From Marsupella aquatica (Eukaryota; Plantae; Marchantiophyta), in the NCBI GenBank assembly GCA_973895155.1, contig OZ316892.1, positions 30,667,328-30,731,327 of the forward strand: DNA of 64,000 bases, written 5' to 3'. Positions 62,501-64,000 of the stretch are shown here, piece by piece. The translations under genes were made by a program, and so were the position numbers. The notes beneath the pieces were generated by a model. It saw only the letters and a list, made by a program, of their open reading frames with translations, ran no database searches and was not told the origin of the DNA. Numbering within the stretch: the stretch's first letter is position 1; each line of letters opens with the position of its first letter.

Positions 62501-62616
62501 AGTGCTTGACTCCTTGTAGTGGGCATGCCACTCACAATCACCTTCTTATCTCCCTTCTTCTCTTGAACAGCAAACCTGCAAACACACCTCCAAGTCTTGT
62601 GGCTCCACTCCAACAA
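56548..62616 (-). CDS. Gag-Pol polyprotein (gag, 3 CCHC knuckles, PR, RT, RNase H, integrase)
   Basis: 2022-aa ORF; three CX2CX4HX4C; VDGGSG; FIDDF; DVSG/TDH; H..CDPC, WGID, SDRG, NGLTER; GPY; no chromodomain. The likely ATG is at ~62526 (MPTTRS). Confidence 0.97.
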   Translation of the reverse strand: MLEWSHKTWRCVCRFAVQEKKGDKKVIVSGMPTTRSQALKEASLSFNFGDQLEQPDWVDIHLQAEAEPGVGWSDTSSSTTNTSEDQEAAMVVTQRARFQYKTFHGKPKEDPDAWLEDFIGTAQANGEFDIKLTTLAGVLRGEARPWFNSLSNAIKNDWDAFKLAFLQEFRKVGEESEALIKMGEIRMGSKESVRRFLQRFQRLATKLDPRPVDSMLLAWFVASLPKKMGVSVRQSHPNTLDEAIEAAQSYRSAEISSSKSRRKKKRFAYSDSSSSSSESSSSVEDTSESESEESSSSSDSESDSEEDSEKKKKKKKKKAKRKSDQKRRASKKKPGGKHHKSATFNLVEGSTPATKEKKVMDNKMSEITNQLKALSVHFAGVQPDRRKVPVNRAHVWCVKCKSFGHTPQECQGWRNQVQYVNEESNDVYQASEVVDYFYEEAPEMVYQISGGPRTLQGRPAPPMAPQLMPGLQPRMVDQMGPQGPGGVARTTVVICWNCQKPGHYSNSCPEPRRQGQGAPYPLCAVCKREGHTTANCPIGSAAKMMIGRIEAPPPAVAKAPGEATVNFLSMEWQEEAKDGVTQVAGGENQPDLPGMETPEEEAVCYKVSTRSTRKKERVEERKKRKERKEHSTESPIEVEVGAEVQVPPAEDSDYKRDHPKLFYPKVNEEVKRQLEEMEAKEHQEAINKDLKVAKALKEKAEVEEKKETSKVPSYDIKKDVKDCLVTATVGQLIKDNPLYRRQLKEMLVGRRRRKLPKVGTPADVMMVCEDLGAPEIDVQVNGCVLSYVPVDGGSGVNIMIEATAQQLGFKKLQPTARTMRLANGARVLPVGTLTQVPTLIGGQEFLLNYLVMRPARPSTYPILIGRPWLYGAKVVSDWGKKEFRFGKPATSVSWGHDKHQGETTDELDEYDSELSDELSTKSESDEDEVYMLNMVSQWTEEEVFGEEQEQEALTSHSPLPSLSEVTSLEEVKQAETSAKESNQEDTITMAQEVDQTSKGAAQVEIKTRSNDQRLKAKHLALLKLKIKELEDQLKAANSEEDETQEDQHSSKEKEELSAENAPVYGGMRLAQLEGTFDSTMRNKMEVIRAEQYRTISVQQDKTFNLGNALGSGEEKTIQDLLGEYVDVFAWSHLDLTGVNPELGEHRIDLMLGASPVRQRQYRMNPKYSLMVKEEIDKLLEAGFIYPVLNSEWVSPIVIVPKKPGLDGKPKIRVCQDFRKLNEATKKDHYPIPFTDMVLDLVAGWEVYSFLDGYSGYNQIWIRKEDQLKTAFTTEWGIYAFRRMPFGLCNAPGMFQRLMMNIFHDYLRKFLEVFIDDFAVFGRGKDHVEHLRMTFQRCREVGLKLHPGKCFFGVEEGILLGHKVSKKGIEVDQEKVAVWMAVKFPTSVTELRGFLGCLNYYRRFIKDFAKVALPLTSMLKKGAEVEPSVERLASFQELKNRLVEAPILIAPDWSREFHVYVDVSGFCIGVVLSQLDDQNRDHPIYFASRLLAPAEKNYSPTDREALGIIYSCKKFRHYLLGYKVVFHTDHNALKYMVNKPDVTGRVARWILLLQEFDYEVRVRPGKKHGNADFFSRIEGEEDLKEVDDQFPDEDLFHVGSGGDTWYLDIIQFLLTTRLPRDLNQEEAAVFLRKIRPYLLVKGVLHKEGVDGRLRRCLEKKEISIVMRAMHEEEAGGHYASATTARKILDAGYWWPTLHKDVSLFVRGCDPCQRTGKPAHSRHHPLTTILPLAPFEKWGIDFIGPITPVTRSRRNRYILLATDYATKWVEARPTSKDNALTVARFMYQQIFTRFGPPLELVSDRGTHFLNEVVEELTNHYLIKHRKTTPYHPKANGLTERANGIIGKILNKTVAAHKTDWDDKLYSAVYSYNLAFKTTTGHSPFYLVFGQHSLVPVEFEVPTLRVSVEERMEADQSLMERAYQLEELEEIREEASKQVKKKQAQVKQHHDKKLKKPTSLLAGQLVLLYDSRYAHFPGKLHTRWLGPYVVHQVYANGSIQLATLEGEVFPTRVHHDRLKRYFNQE

Positions 62617-62632
62617 AAACTGTAAAGAGTTG

Positions 62633-62650
62633 TCCCCGGCAGCGGCGCCA
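62633..62650 (-). promoter_or_regulatory. Primer binding site, tRNA-Asp type
   Basis: TGGCGCCGCTGCCGGGGA, one base from the Athila-type TGGCGCCGTTGCCGGGGA. Confidence 0.85.
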
Positions 62651-62670
62651 AAAACAAGGGTGGGACTCTA

Positions 62671-64000
62671 TGTCAAACACTTGCCAAGGAGCTTAAGCGG
62701 CTTTTCTCCCCAAAAGACTACCTAATACCTGCTCCATGTCATACCAGGGTCACAAAGGATTGACAAAACTTCTGAAGTGTGCTTACAATGTCCAATCACT
62801 CCATACATAAGTAGTTTCAACTCTCCACTTCTAGAGAGGTAGTCCCCTTGACTACTTTTGTACTCACCCCTTCCCCTCTCCTCTACTCCAAGGATCAGCA
62901 AGGGGGATCTCCGCTCCAAGCTGTCACCTTAGAGTAGATTCTCACACAAACACCCAAGAACCCAAAGTACTTTCCTCTTCAAGCTTAAGTCTCCTCAAGA
63001 CCCTCAAAGTAGTGTTACCCCTCAACCTTGCCCCCCTGGCCTTGGTTTGGGTCCACACATCCCCTTTGAGCCCTAGAGAAGGCTCCTCTATCTAAGGACT
63101 CTTCCTCTTGTTCTTACTTCTTGTTAACACCACACACCAAGCAAAGTACTTTCCACCCTCAAGCTATAATCCTCTCTAAGTCTCAAAGTAATGCTATACC
63201 TTAACCTTGCCTCCTTGGCCTTGGTTTTGTACTAGCACATCCCCTTCAAGCTTAGACCAAGATTATACCATAGCATGGACTCTTCTCTTGCTCTCATATA
63301 CTTCAAATGCACTCACACTTAATGGTCACAATGAAGATTGGTAAGTCTCCTTTTATTGCATCACCTTTACAACAAAAGTTCACTACACATTCTCCACACT
63401 AAGCATGGACCACCTCTCCTTTCTCAAGCTTAGCCCTACCTTGGCAAGGTAGAGATTTCACTTAAGAGATGAGACTCCCGGTCCCTAACAAATGAAAACT
63501 TCCTCCTTATATACTATCTCCTTCCACATCACACCAAGCTTGACCTGGGGTCCAACTATACCTCCCCCAAGTCCTCCTAACACACAAAGTCCAACTCTAT
63601 AGTTCATAGCCCACCCTACTACTTGCTATTTTGCCTCCTTCCAAGCCCTGGAATATGCCACACATGAGTGGTATGCTTTGCCTTCCAAACCTACTCCCAC
63701 TTATGGTCCTCCTCACCAGCTTACCAACCCACTTGAAAGCTCGCAAAAAGAGTGAGTGAGTCTCAAGTTGTGCCTAGTCAAAGTTGGCCTTATTTTACTT
63801 GTAACCCCTTTACTACCCTAAGTAAACTACCCCCTATATTTACTTTTCTTAACTTGATGGCCTTACACCTTTGGCCAAAGGTAAGTACCCTTCTCTAGAG
63901 CCTAACTCAAGTGGTATGGGTGCAAGAAAGGTCAGCCCCTAAATCTGGTATTCATTCCCCTATGCCGACTTTGGTTTGCAAGTTGTCGGGACTCCCTCGT
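62671..64000 (-). repeat. 5' LTR of element A (partial)
   Basis: Copy of 53366-54695. Confidence 0.97.

Larger units (their letters stand above)
53366..64000 (-). mobile_element. Intact young Athila-like (non-chromovirus) Ty3/Gypsy element A; 5' LTR runs off the window
   Basis: Near-identical LTRs at offset 9305, PBS, single gag-pol ORF, PPT; expected TSD GGTGC (53361-53365). Confidence 0.95.

Noticed and set aside
57463-62502. Plus-strand ORFs antisense to gag-pol
   Set aside because: Shadow ORFs from codon bias, with no recognisable motifs.

Overview
This window is eukaryotic, intron-containing and made almost entirely of transposons, most likely heterochromatin of a non-seed land plant (inference); I recognise no ordinary host gene. 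Left to right: (1) the right end of a CACTA element with a TnpA-like gene, ending TAGTG at 6421; (2) a ~18 kb Mutator-like region whose GCM-DDE-SWIM transposase is flanked by two ParB-like + beta-class amino-methyltransferase-like genes and studded with two families of dispersed palindromes; (3) a ~14 kb region with a Sola2-like DDD transposase, RING/RPA-C-like and FCP1-like genes and AAGGACT arrays; (4) a nest of Athila-like Ty3/Gypsy elements: a decayed pol fragment, a CACTA left end, a decayed element with a 3.85 kb LTR, a 4.0 kb TSD-flanked solo LTR holding an intact 876-aa ORF, and a very young intact element with a 2022-aa gag-pol. The two leading novelties are the ParB-MTase/palindrome system beside the MULE transposase and the long ORF encoded inside LTRs. 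All domain calls come from motif recognition by eye, not from database searches.
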